NCBI GenBank assembly: GCA_033762275.1
Contig: JANRLU010000092.1
Span: 32,479-96,478, forward strand
Source of the DNA: Thermonemataceae bacterium
GTDB taxonomy: Bacteria > Bacteroidota > Bacteroidia > Cytophagales > Thermonemataceae
Direction of reading: 5' to 3'
DNA: 64,000 bases
Shown: positions 17,140-26,409 of the stretch, piece by piece
Layout: every line of letters starts with the position of its first letter
Position numbering within the stretch: position 1 is the first letter of the stretch
Program-made: the position numbers and the translations under genes
Notes under the pieces: generated by a model
Told to the model about the DNA's origin: nothing
The model's input: the letters and a program-made list of their open reading frames with translations, nothing else
The model's database searches: none

Positions 17140-17697
17140 ATGAAAATCTTAATTGCTGTCTGTTTATTATTTTTTGGACAAAGTGCTATTGCCCAAAATG
17201 CTGAAATAAAACAAGCTTTTGATTATCTCAATAAAATCAGAGCCAATCCGAGTATGTTTAGTCAAGAGATAGGTATCAATCTTTCACAAATTCCCAGACG
17301 CTCAGCACTCCAATGGAATGATACCCTTGCCTCAATAGCTCAAAAAAAAGCGGAAGATATGGCTAAAAAAAATTATTTCTCTCATACCGACCCAAATGGT
17401 AATGGTATCAACATATTATTGTTACAAGCAGGTTATCATATCCCTGAAGATTGGACTGTACCTAAATCCAATAATTATTTTGAATCCTTATCGGCTGGGG
17501 CAATCAGCCCCAAAGAAGGCATTATTTATCTTCTCAAAGATGGAGGCGTAAGCAACCACAAAGCGGCAGGACATCGCAACCATTTACTAGGGATAGATAA
17601 GTTCTATGCAAATCTGACAGATATTGGGATTGGTTGGGCAAAAGGCGGAAAATATGGTACTTATTTGTGTGTAATTATAGCAAAACATCAATGGTAA
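17140..17697 (+). CDS. secreted CAP/SCP/PR-1 domain protein (YkwD-like)
   Basis: 185 aa with a signal peptide and a pattern typical of CAP domains (NKIRANP.., FSHTDPNG, GHRNHLL). A TAcaTTTG box lies at 17117-17124. Confidence 0.8.
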   Translation: MKILIAVCLLFFGQSAIAQNAEIKQAFDYLNKIRANPSMFSQEIGINLSQIPRRSALQWNDTLASIAQKKAEDMAKKNYFSHTDPNGNGINILLLQAGYHIPEDWTVPKSNNYFESLSAGAISPKEGIIYLLKDGGVSNHKAAGHRNHLLGIDKFYANLTDIGIGWAKGGKYGTYLCVIIAKHQW

Positions 17698-18173
17698 TGA
17701 AAACACTTTTTATAGCTCGCCACGCAGAAGCCAAGTCAAATTATGATGATTTTGAAAGAGAACTTAGCTCAAAAGGACTCCAACAGGCTTTTTTAGTGGG
17801 TAAGCAAATCGCTGATTATTTTTTACAACCCAAAGAAATTTGGACAAGTGCCGCCAACAGAACTTTACGCACCGCCGAAATAATTGCTGAGCAAATAGGA
17901 TTTAGCTCTACAATTATGAGCGAGAAAGAGCTTTACAACGCTTCTGTAAGGGTTTGGCTCAAAATTATACAAAATTTACAAAGTGATGTTGTGCTTTTGG
18001 TAGGTCATAATCCACATATTTCTTATTTGGCAGAATTACTAACAGGCAAAGAAATAGGAAGTATGCAAACAAGCCAAGTTTTAGTTCTCCAATCTGAAAA
18101 TGATTGGAGTAATTGGGGAGAAAAAAGTGCTCAATTACTTCACTCTTTTTTTGGAGAAAGCGAAAATCTTTAA
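17691..18173 (+). CDS. sixA: phosphohistidine phosphatase SixA-like (histidine phosphatase superfamily)
   Basis: LFIARHAEA catalytic motif and VGHNP. The start is ATG 17691 or ATG 17697 (TAATG overlap with the CAP stop). The track start at 17634 is rejected. Confidence 0.7.
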   Translation: MVMKTLFIARHAEAKSNYDDFERELSSKGLQQAFLVGKQIADYFLQPKEIWTSAANRTLRTAEIIAEQIGFSSTIMSEKELYNASVRVWLKIIQNLQSDVVLLVGHNPHISYLAELLTGKEIGSMQTSQVLVLQSENDWSNWGEKSAQLLHSFFGESENL

Positions 18174-19414
18174 AAAATAATAGTTTTCACTTGCTCCAGA
18201 ACACGATTTGTGCCTCCAAGGTGACTTTTTACATAATTTCTACTAATCTCTGATGCTTTTTGCCATAGCTGCACATCATGGTATAGCTTGGAAAATTTTT
18301 CCAAGAAATCCGCTGCATCAGCAATAGCAAAAGCTCCTTGAAGCTCTAAAAGCTCTCTTGCCTCCCTAAATTTTTGATACGCTTTATTACCAAAAAAAAT
18401 AGGTAAAGCGAAAGTAGCAGGCTCTAAGATATTGTGCAAACCTTGCTTAAAACCACCTCCCACGAAGGCGAAATCTGCATAACGATACAAGGCTGATAAA
18501 TAACCCACATTATCCACTATTAAGTGGGTGTAAGTACTTATATCTTTTTCTTGAGAAATTTCTGAAAATAAAATAGTTTGCTCTTTCCCAAGCTCTTGTT
18601 TTAATAAGGTTATCTCTTTCTTGTTGATTTCGTGCGGAGCAATGATTATTTTTAAAGGCTCTTTGAATATTTGCAAAAAGTTCTTCAATAAATTAATTTC
18701 TTGCTGCCAAGCACTACCCAAAATGAGTATTTTCTCTTCATTGCGAAACTCTTCTATTCTATGAATATCTCTATTTTGCTCTGCTATCTGAAATACCCTA
18801 TCAAAACGTGTGTCATAAGCTATTTCTGCTTTGATATGGATATTGGCAAGTAGTTTTTGAGAGTTTTCGTCTTGTACCAAAATAGCACTAAAAAAACTTA
18901 GTATTTCTCTATAAAATTTTCCATAAGGCTTAAAGAAAAGTTGCTTTTCCCTGAAAATAGCCGAAAATAAAATAATTGGAATTTTTTTCTGGTAGGCTTT
19001 GGATAAAAAATGATACCAAAATTCATATTTTACCCAAAAAATTATACTCGGCTTCGTTATATCCAAAAATTTTTTGGCATCCTTTGAGTTATCTAAAGGT
19101 AAATAACTCACATAATCGGCATATTCATAATTTTTACGAAGCTCGTAGCCTGAAGGCGAAAAAAAGGTAAGCAAAATAAAAAAAGAAGGATATTGTTCTT
19201 TAAAAGCCTCTAAAACAGGGCGAGCCTGCTCAAACTCTCCCACAGAAGCACAATGAAACCAAACTAATTGCCCCTTACAAGGCATATATTTTTGTAAATT
19301 TTCAAAAATACCTTCTTGCCCTTTTCGCCATAATTTCGCTTTTGTACTTCCCATAAAAGCCAAGATATAAGCTAAAAATTTATAAATTTTTAGAAAGATA
19401 TTGTATACAAACAT
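18170..19414 (-). CDS. waaA: 3-deoxy-D-manno-octulosonic-acid (Kdo) transferase
   Basis: 414 aa with the N-terminal WFHCASVGEFEQARPVLEAFKE signature of KdtA/WaaA. Confidence 0.85.
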   Translation of the reverse strand: MFVYNIFLKIYKFLAYILAFMGSTKAKLWRKGQEGIFENLQKYMPCKGQLVWFHCASVGEFEQARPVLEAFKEQYPSFFILLTFFSPSGYELRKNYEYADYVSYLPLDNSKDAKKFLDITKPSIIFWVKYEFWYHFLSKAYQKKIPIILFSAIFREKQLFFKPYGKFYREILSFFSAILVQDENSQKLLANIHIKAEIAYDTRFDRVFQIAEQNRDIHRIEEFRNEEKILILGSAWQQEINLLKNFLQIFKEPLKIIIAPHEINKKEITLLKQELGKEQTILFSEISQEKDISTYTHLIVDNVGYLSALYRYADFAFVGGGFKQGLHNILEPATFALPIFFGNKAYQKFREARELLELQGAFAIADAADFLEKFSKLYHDVQLWQKASEISRNYVKSHLGGTNRVLEQVKTIIF

Positions 19415-19543
19415 TTTCTTGGGTTAAATTTTCCTCAATGATAAAAATCATTTTTTACTTTAATTTATCTTATGGTAATTTTTTTTCTATATTTTACTTT
19501 TGTATTAGTAAAACACAATTTTTTCATCAAAATATACAATATT

Positions 19544-19735
19544 ATGCTTAGTTACTATCAGACTATACTCAGTAAAGTGAGTTTTGATAAACTCCTATTC
19601 AGAAAAGAATTACAAAAAGCTCTAAAAACTCTGTCAGATATAGAGCAAGAGTATCTGTATATCTGGTGCTATAAAAAATTCGGAAATATCTATGCCGATA
19701 TTTTGGAAGAATGCTTTAATAAAGTATTAGTATAA
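19544..19735 (+). CDS. small hypothetical protein (63 aa)
   Basis: ORF only. The N-terminal 24 codons in the track are Phe/Ile-rich AT-run translation, so I use the internal ATG. Confidence 0.35.
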   Translation: MLSYYQTILSKVSFDKLLFRKELQKALKTLSDIEQEYLYIWCYKKFGNIYADILEECFNKVLV

Positions 19736-19750
19736 AGAGCTTGCTGCTCA

Positions 19751-21226
19751 TTATACTTTTTGTTTGAGTATATTTTTCTGAACTTTTCCTAAGGCATTAC
19801 GCGGAAAATCATCTAAAAAATAAATTTTGGTAGGTATTTTGTAATGAGCTATGCGAGATTTTGCCCAATTTCTTAGTTCTTCTAAGGAAAAGATACCTTT
19901 GCTCATAATGAAAGCCGTTACTTGCTCTCCCCACTCTTCATTAGCAACTCCTAAAACAGCACAATCCTTAATGAGTGGGTGAGTTCTCAATGCTTCTTCA
20001 ACTTCTATAGCTGATACTTTATACCCGCCCGTTTTGATAATATCTACAGATGTCCTGCCCAATATTTTGAAATAACCTTCTTCATCTCTTATGGCAGTAT
20101 CTCCCGTTCTAAACCAAATATCTTCGGTAAAGCTATCCCTTGTAGCTTCCTTTTTGTTCCAGTACTCCAAAAATACATTTTCTCCTTTCACTTGTATTTC
20201 TCCTATCTCAGCATTTTTTATTATTTCCTCACCGTTTTCATCTACCAACCTTACCTTAATATTGGGTAAAGGTAAACCCACATAACCCTCTTTTCTTTTT
20301 CCTTCTAAAGGATTAGAAATAGCCATTCCTATTTCACTCATTCCATAACGCTCTAACAAAAAATGCCCTGATATTTTTTGCCACTTTTCTAAAGTACTTA
20401 CAGGCAAAGCTGCCGAACCTGAAATCATTAGCCGCATTTTTCTTACAGATTCGCTCATCAGCATTTGTGTAGCAGGAGTAGCCTCTTCCCAAGTAGCAAT
20501 CAAACGATTATATATAGTCGGAACAGCCATAAAAATTGTAAATCCTTTCACTTGCCAAGTTTTCCATACCTCTTCAGCCTCAAATTTAGGAAGAAAATGT
20601 ACTTCTGCCCCTACATACAAAGCACAAAGTAAGGCGTTTACAATACCATGAATATGATGCAATGGCAGGATATGTAAAATTTTATCCTTACTATTCCACT
20701 GCCAGCTATTTACTAAGGTTTCTATTTGAAATTTTAAGTTTTTATGCGTACTTACCACCCCCTTAGGCTTTCCTGTTGTCCCAGAAGTGTAAATAATTAA
20801 GGCTCTTTGTGTATCAGAGATTTTGGGGAATTGTATATTTCTATCATTTTTATTTTCTATGCTTTCGTACAAAGCATAAAATACTTGCAGCTCCTTTGCT
20901 TTATTTTCCAAAGAAGTTTCAGTTAGCAAAAAGCTACATTGAGCGTCTTCCCAAATATACGCCATTTCGGGTGTGGGGTGTGTATGGCTCAACGGAACAG
21001 CAACACCACCTGCCAGCCAAACGGCACACAAAGCTGCCACATATTTTCTATTGGGCATAAAAAGTAAGGCTATTCTTTCCTCTTGTAAATGTGTTTTATT
21101 AAGTTTTTTAAGCAAAAAGCTAGCTATTTGCTTAATTTCCTCGTGTAGTTCTACATAATTTTGTACTCCCACACTATCAGTGATAGCTTGCTGAAAATCA
21201 TGTTTGTCTAATTCATTGAAAAACAT
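19751..21226 (-). CDS. AMP-dependent synthetase/ligase (acyl-CoA or acyl-ACP synthetase)
   Basis: 491 aa with the AMP-binding motif IIYTSGTTGKPKGV, then TGD..., and a C-terminal GKVQK. Confidence 0.85.
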   Translation of the reverse strand: MFFNELDKHDFQQAITDSVGVQNYVELHEEIKQIASFLLKKLNKTHLQEERIALLFMPNRKYVAALCAVWLAGGVAVPLSHTHPTPEMAYIWEDAQCSFLLTETSLENKAKELQVFYALYESIENKNDRNIQFPKISDTQRALIIYTSGTTGKPKGVVSTHKNLKFQIETLVNSWQWNSKDKILHILPLHHIHGIVNALLCALYVGAEVHFLPKFEAEEVWKTWQVKGFTIFMAVPTIYNRLIATWEEATPATQMLMSESVRKMRLMISGSAALPVSTLEKWQKISGHFLLERYGMSEIGMAISNPLEGKRKEGYVGLPLPNIKVRLVDENGEEIIKNAEIGEIQVKGENVFLEYWNKKEATRDSFTEDIWFRTGDTAIRDEEGYFKILGRTSVDIIKTGGYKVSAIEVEEALRTHPLIKDCAVLGVANEEWGEQVTAFIMSKGIFSLEELRNWAKSRIAHYKIPTKIYFLDDFPRNALGKVQKNILKQKV

Positions 21227-21229
21227 TTC

Positions 21230-21982
21230 TTAAAGTGGTTTATTGTGTAGTTCGTTTCTGATAAGTTCTTCGCAATATTTAAGTAAATCTTGAGCACTTT
21301 CAAATTTTGACTGCTCTATAGGCTCAAATATTTTAATTCGCATAAGAGAAAAAGGTTGTACGGGCACCGCTTTCACTGTCCAGAAGTTTTCAAGAGCAAT
21401 AGGAATAATAATTGCATCTGGCAAACTTTCACATAGCTTCAAAAAGCCGGCTGATTTAAAAGGTTTTACCTCATTGCTTCTTTTATTTCTTGTTCCTTCG
21501 GGATAAATATAAGCTGCCCAGTTATGCTTATCTACCTCCTTTGCAAAATTTTCTATTGCATTGAAGGCAATTTTTCTATGATAACGGTTGATTATTCCGT
21601 GCCCCCCATACCGAATATTCCAAGATACGCTTGGTATCCAATATGCCAATTCTTTTTTAGCCAGATATTTGAGATGATGAGGCGTTTTACTAAATAAATA
21701 CCCCAAACAGCCTATCTCAAACTCACTTTGATGGTTACTTAAAACAATTATTGGTCTATCAGCAGGTAATTGATGTATCCATTCTTCTCCCTCTATATGT
21801 GTCTTGTTACCAATTAGATAAGATGATTTCCAGACAAGAAACATCATCAAATGGCTAATAATCATATAAGCCTTATAGCCAAATAGGGACGCCGTAACGT
21901 GAAAAGGATGCATTCCTATCAAGATAATAGCAAAAGTGAGATGAATAAGTACCGTAAAAAACCAAGAACTCAAGACTTTCAT
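21230..21982 (-). CDS. membrane-anchored PlsC-type lysophospholipid acyltransferase
   Basis: 250 aa with N-terminal TM helices, block I SNHQSEFE (H-x4-E variant) and block III YPEGTR. Confidence 0.75.
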   Translation of the reverse strand: MKVLSSWFFTVLIHLTFAIILIGMHPFHVTASLFGYKAYMIISHLMMFLVWKSSYLIGNKTHIEGEEWIHQLPADRPIIVLSNHQSEFEIGCLGYLFSKTPHHLKYLAKKELAYWIPSVSWNIRYGGHGIINRYHRKIAFNAIENFAKEVDKHNWAAYIYPEGTRNKRSNEVKPFKSAGFLKLCESLPDAIIIPIALENFWTVKAVPVQPFSLMRIKIFEPIEQSKFESAQDLLKYCEELIRNELHNKPL

Positions 21983-21985
21983 AGT

Positions 21986-23092
21986 TTAACGGATACTAAG
22001 AGTATTTTTGATATAAGCTATTTCTTTTTCTTTTTTTCTAATTATTTCCTCCATTTCAGCAATTTTTTGCTCTGCCAAACGCAAATTTTCTTCTTTCTTT
22101 GCTAATTCAGCACGCATTTTTTCCGCCTCACTAGATAATTCCCTTGTTTTCGCATTTATCTGCGTATTAGCTACTGTAGAAGCAAAATCCTCAGCAATAT
22201 CACCTACAAAAAGTCTTCTATAAAGTGGTATAGAATGAAAGGAGGCTATTTCAACAACTCCATAAGTAATCTTATTGATACGAATAGGGGCTAATAAAAT
22301 ACTACGTGGCAGTGCATCCCCCAAACCGGAAGTAATATGTATATAATTGGCAGGAATATCATCTATATAAACTATTTCTTCATCTAAAATACAACGCCCT
22401 ACCAAACCTTCCTGTATTTGCAGGGTTCTTTTCAAAAATTTTCTTTTTGCATAAGCATAAGCTGCCGCAACCTCCACGATAGGCTCTTGAGCTTCTCTAT
22501 TAATAATATAAATTGCCCCCTGATTCGCTTCTAAGTATTTCACCAACTCGCTAATAAATAAATAAGCGATTTCCTGCGTATCAGTATTTTGGTTATCTCT
22601 CAGCAAATCAGAGAATTTGGCAATCCCTTCTACTGTCCATTTACGGCTTTGCTCTTCATCAGAAATGAATCGTAACTGCTCCCTCATTTCCAAAAGAGCA
22701 CTTCCTAAGGCTGTTTCGTTACTAATTTTCGCTGAAAAATCAAAGTTTTTTTGCCCGATATTTCTTACAAAATTAGTAGCTTCTTTTATATCAAAGGCAA
22801 TATCTTGGAGGTTTTCTACAATACTTTCGGTTTCGGAGATTAGTTTCCCCGAAATTTCTATATTATCGCCTTCTTTTATAGATTTTGTAAATAGTTTGAT
22901 AAATCTGAAGTTAGCAAAAGCATCTTGCTCTACTACATAAACTAAAGCTGATAAAACTAATACTGTGATAAGTAGGAGTGTTATTTCAAAAAGTAAATTT
23001 ATCTCTTGATAAATACCCAAATAAAGCATATCCCCCCCTACAAGGATAAAAAGCAAGAAAACAAGTGTAAAAAACTTAACTCTGAAACTCAT
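21986..23092 (-). CDS. membrane GAF-domain protein with C-terminal coiled coil
   Basis: 368 aa: two N-terminal TM helices, a central GAF-like region (LVGRCILDEEIVYIDD...VVEIASF) and a heptad-rich tail. No recognisable output domain. Confidence 0.7.
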   Translation of the reverse strand: MSFRVKFFTLVFLLFILVGGDMLYLGIYQEINLLFEITLLLITVLVLSALVYVVEQDAFANFRFIKLFTKSIKEGDNIEISGKLISETESIVENLQDIAFDIKEATNFVRNIGQKNFDFSAKISNETALGSALLEMREQLRFISDEEQSRKWTVEGIAKFSDLLRDNQNTDTQEIAYLFISELVKYLEANQGAIYIINREAQEPIVEVAAAYAYAKRKFLKRTLQIQEGLVGRCILDEEIVYIDDIPANYIHITSGLGDALPRSILLAPIRINKITYGVVEIASFHSIPLYRRLFVGDIAEDFASTVANTQINAKTRELSSEAEKMRAELAKKEENLRLAEQKIAEMEEIIRKKEKEIAYIKNTLSIR

Positions 23093-23113
23093 TTAATAGA
23101 ATTTTTAGCCCCT

Positions 23114-23143
23114 CAAAGTTAGCTTTTTTTTTGAGAAAAACAA
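23114..23143 (-). promoter_or_regulatory. TTG-N19-TAacTTTG promoter for the GAF operon
   Basis: On the plus strand, CAAAGTTA at 23114-23121 and CAA at 23141-23143, with a 19-nt spacer. It lies 22 nt upstream of the ATG at 23092. Confidence 0.4.
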
Positions 23144-23144
23144 C

Positions 23145-23187
23145 AAAAAAGCGAAGGGCTTTACTTAGACCCTTCGCTCGAAAAAAA
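23145..23187 (-). terminator. rho-independent terminator of the act-cox operon
   Basis: Stem GCGAAGGG / CCCTTCGC (8 bp, 11-nt loop), followed on the minus strand by T6. It lies about 15 nt after the coxA stop. Confidence 0.6.
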
Positions 23188-23201
23188 TATTTTAGCACTT
23201 A

Positions 23202-25124
23202 TTACTTAGTTTTTGCTAAATGAGCCAACGTTTCAATAGTTGTATCTTCACCCAGCATTTCCTCTTTTTCTATCGCTATCATCTCATTTTCGTGAGGTAG
23301 ATTAGAGTTAGGAGTCATTGTATAAGGTACATTTTGTGGAATGAAATCAGAGAACCCGTCTTGCTCAGCATTAGGCTTGCTGTAATCATAAGCCCAACGA
23401 TACACATAAGGGATTTGACCTTCCCAATTACCATGTCCAGGTATAAGAGGTGTTGTCCACTCTAATGTGTTAGAATTCCAAGGATTAGAGGTAGCCCTTC
23501 TTCCTCTAAAAATAGAGTAGAAGAAGTTGAATCCGAATAAAAGTTGAGCTCCGAATGTTATCACTGCTGCAACACTTATGAAGGAGTTAAGATTTAAGTA
23601 AATGCTATCTCTGAAAGCTGCATAAGCAGAAAATTCATAGTATCTTCTTGGGAAACCAGCTAAACCTATAAAGTGCATTGGGAAAAAGACCAAATATACT
23701 CCTACGAAAGTTAGCCAAAAGTGCAAATAACCTAATTTATCGTCCATCATTCTTCCAAACATCTTAGGGAACCAATGATAAATACCCGCCATCATTCCAA
23801 AGAAAGAAGCTGAACCCATTACCAAGTGAAAGTGAGCCACAACATAATAAGTATCGTGTAGATAAATATCCATTGCACTATTACCCAAAATGATACCCGT
23901 TACGCCTCCAGAAATAAACAAAGATACAAGTCCAATAGAGAAAAGCATACCTGGTGTATAGCGAATATTTCCTCTCCAAAGAGTTGTTATGTAATTGAAA
24001 GCCTTTACCGCTGAAGGAACAGCGATAATGAGCGTAAGGAACATAAATATACTACCCAAGAAAGGATCCATTCCTGTAACAAACATGTGGTGAGCCCATA
24101 CGATAAAAGAAAGTACTGCTATACCCAACATAGAACCAATCATTGCCTTGTAACCGAAAATTGGTTTGCGAGCGTTGGTTGCTATCACTTCAGATGTAAT
24201 ACCCAAAGCAGGCAAAAGAACTATATACACTTCAGGGTGTCCTAAAAACCAAAATAAATGTTGGTATAAAATAGCACTGCCACCTGTATGGTCTAAGGCT
24301 TGTCCATTTATATAAATATCTGATAAATAAAAACTTGTTCCAAGACTTCTATCAAAAATTAGTAGAACAGCCGCTGAAAATAAAACAGGGAAAGATAGAA
24401 GACCAATAATCGCTGTGATGAAAAAAGCCCAAATCGTGAGTGGTAAGCGAGAAAATGTCATCCCCTTTGTTCTTAGGTTAATAACCGTTGAGATATAGTT
24501 AATACCACCCAACAAAGATGAAGCTATAAAGAGAGCCATTGCCACCAACCAGTAAGTCATACCTGCACCCGAACCCTGTATAGCTTGCGGTAAAGCACTA
24601 AGCGGCGGATACACGACCCAACCACCAGCCGCAGGACCGCCTTCTAAGAATATAGAGGCAAACATTATTACACTTGAGGCAAAGAAAAACCAATAGGACA
24701 ACATATTCATAAAGCCTGAAGCCATATCTCTTGCTCCAATCTGCAAAGGAATTAGGAAGTTAGAGAAAGTACCACTTAAGCCTGCTGTAAGCACAAAGAA
24801 CACCATAATGGTTCCGTGCATGGTAACCAAAGCTAAGTAGAACTCAGGGTCTAACTGACCTGTACCATTTTCTTGGAGTGCTACCCACTTACCTAAAAGT
24901 GGCTTTAACCAAGCATAATCCATTTCTGGAAAACCGAGTTTCAAACGAAACAGAATAGAAAATAAACCGCCAATAAAAGCCCAGAGTATCCCTGTAATTA
25001 GGAATTGCTTGGCTATCATTTTGTGGTCGGTAGAGAAAACGTACTTCGTAAGGAAGGAGTCATGGTGTTCGTGATGCTCTTCATGTACGTGTACATCATG
25101 GGGATTTGCAACTACTGATGCCAT
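23202..25124 (-). CDS. ctaD: cytochrome c oxidase subunit I (aa3-type)
   Basis: 640 aa, 12+ TM helices, haem-copper signatures (WFFGHPEVY, HHMF..G, VAHFH). Has a His-rich N-terminal extension. Confidence 0.95.
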   Translation of the reverse strand: MASVVANPHDVHVHEEHHEHHDSFLTKYVFSTDHKMIAKQFLITGILWAFIGGLFSILFRLKLGFPEMDYAWLKPLLGKWVALQENGTGQLDPEFYLALVTMHGTIMVFFVLTAGLSGTFSNFLIPLQIGARDMASGFMNMLSYWFFFASSVIMFASIFLEGGPAAGGWVVYPPLSALPQAIQGSGAGMTYWLVAMALFIASSLLGGINYISTVINLRTKGMTFSRLPLTIWAFFITAIIGLLSFPVLFSAAVLLIFDRSLGTSFYLSDIYINGQALDHTGGSAILYQHLFWFLGHPEVYIVLLPALGITSEVIATNARKPIFGYKAMIGSMLGIAVLSFIVWAHHMFVTGMDPFLGSIFMFLTLIIAVPSAVKAFNYITTLWRGNIRYTPGMLFSIGLVSLFISGGVTGIILGNSAMDIYLHDTYYVVAHFHLVMGSASFFGMMAGIYHWFPKMFGRMMDDKLGYLHFWLTFVGVYLVFFPMHFIGLAGFPRRYYEFSAYAAFRDSIYLNLNSFISVAAVITFGAQLLFGFNFFYSIFRGRRATSNPWNSNTLEWTTPLIPGHGNWEGQIPYVYRWAYDYSKPNAEQDGFSDFIPQNVPYTMTPNSNLPHENEMIAIEKEEMLGEDTTIETLAHLAKTK

Positions 25125-25214
25125 ACTTGTACAATTTTATGTTTAAAAAATCTTAGATGAAACAATACAAATGTAATAGATAAAACTTAGATATAAAACT
25201 TTTACTGAATTTTT

Positions 25215-26351
25215 TTAATTTATTTTCTGTGAGCTTTCTTGCATACTCACATTTTTTTCTCCTTTTTTCATTTTTTGTTGTCTTTTGATTGCCTCTACTA
25301 CATACTCTTTGTTATTTTCAACAAAAGGTTTTTGTGAGGCTACCCACTTTTTATAGTCGTTCTCATCGTGTACTATAATTCTCATACGCATACTGAAGTG
25401 CCCACGACCACATATTTCTTGGCAAACTAATTCATAATCAAAGGTTTCCCAACGAGCTTTCATATCTTTGGGGTCTCCCTTCATTGTAGAAGGATCTGGC
25501 TTCATATATTCAGGGTTTTTCTTCAATTCCTCACGCATCTCCTCAGTAGTTTTTGTAGGAATAAACCACATTTTAGTGGGTTGTCCTGGTACAGCATCCA
25601 TCTTCTGACGGAAATGAGGTAGCCCAACGCTATGAATAACATCTCTCGCCCTTATTTTCAAATGAACTGGCTTCCCTTTTACTAAATGCAGTTCAGTTGC
25701 TTGAAAGTCATCGTTAACCTTGCTATCAGTGAAATCTAATCCTAACTCGTTCACATCGTCAGTATACCTAAAATTAAACCCTCCAAATTTATTATCGTTT
25801 CCTGGGTAACGAGCTATCCAATTAAATTGTTTGCCCATTACTTCTATCTGGATAGCATTTTCAGGAGCATCTTTTGTTACGTCTCTCCATAGTCTCCAAC
25901 CTGTGAAAACAAGTGTCGTGAGAATAATGGCTGGCACGATAGTCCAGATAATTTCAAGTTTAGAATTATCTGGGAAAAAAGTAGCCTTATGATTTTTCTT
26001 GTAACGATACTTGAAAGCAAAGAAAAATAGAGCCGCATTAGTAATCAAAAACATCAATATGATGATAATATGAGCCACACTGAACAAGGAATCGAAGGAT
26101 TTTCCGTGAGCTACTGCGTGAGGTTGCCCCCACAAACCCAAATGCTTAGCCGTGTACCAAAATGTAAAAACTGTTGCTAATATAGGCAAAATAAGGAAAA
26201 GATAAGCGTGTGTATTGTTAGTAGCTGTATCAATTTCTTCTGCGTTTTTACCTTTATTTTTGAGGATAGAAGCTAAGTTACTGAGCCTGAATACTATCAA
26301 AAAGATAGCCAGCATCAGCACCGTTACTAAAGTGATAATAAGACCGTTCAT
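25215..26351 (-). CDS. ctaC: cytochrome c oxidase subunit II (no fused cytochrome c domain)
   Basis: CuA site VIHS...CQEICGRGHFSM. There is no CxxCH motif anywhere in the 378 aa. Confidence 0.9.
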   Translation of the reverse strand: MNGLIITLVTVLMLAIFLIVFRLSNLASILKNKGKNAEEIDTATNNTHAYLFLILPILATVFTFWYTAKHLGLWGQPHAVAHGKSFDSLFSVAHIIIILMFLITNAALFFFAFKYRYKKNHKATFFPDNSKLEIIWTIVPAIILTTLVFTGWRLWRDVTKDAPENAIQIEVMGKQFNWIARYPGNDNKFGGFNFRYTDDVNELGLDFTDSKVNDDFQATELHLVKGKPVHLKIRARDVIHSVGLPHFRQKMDAVPGQPTKMWFIPTKTTEEMREELKKNPEYMKPDPSTMKGDPKDMKARWETFDYELVCQEICGRGHFSMRMRIIVHDENDYKKWVASQKPFVENNKEYVVEAIKRQQKMKKGEKNVSMQESSQKIN

Positions 26352-26409
26352 ATTTTTTAGTTTTTATTCTTAACAAAAAGACATCAAAAATGTTTTTAAT
26401 TTATATATT

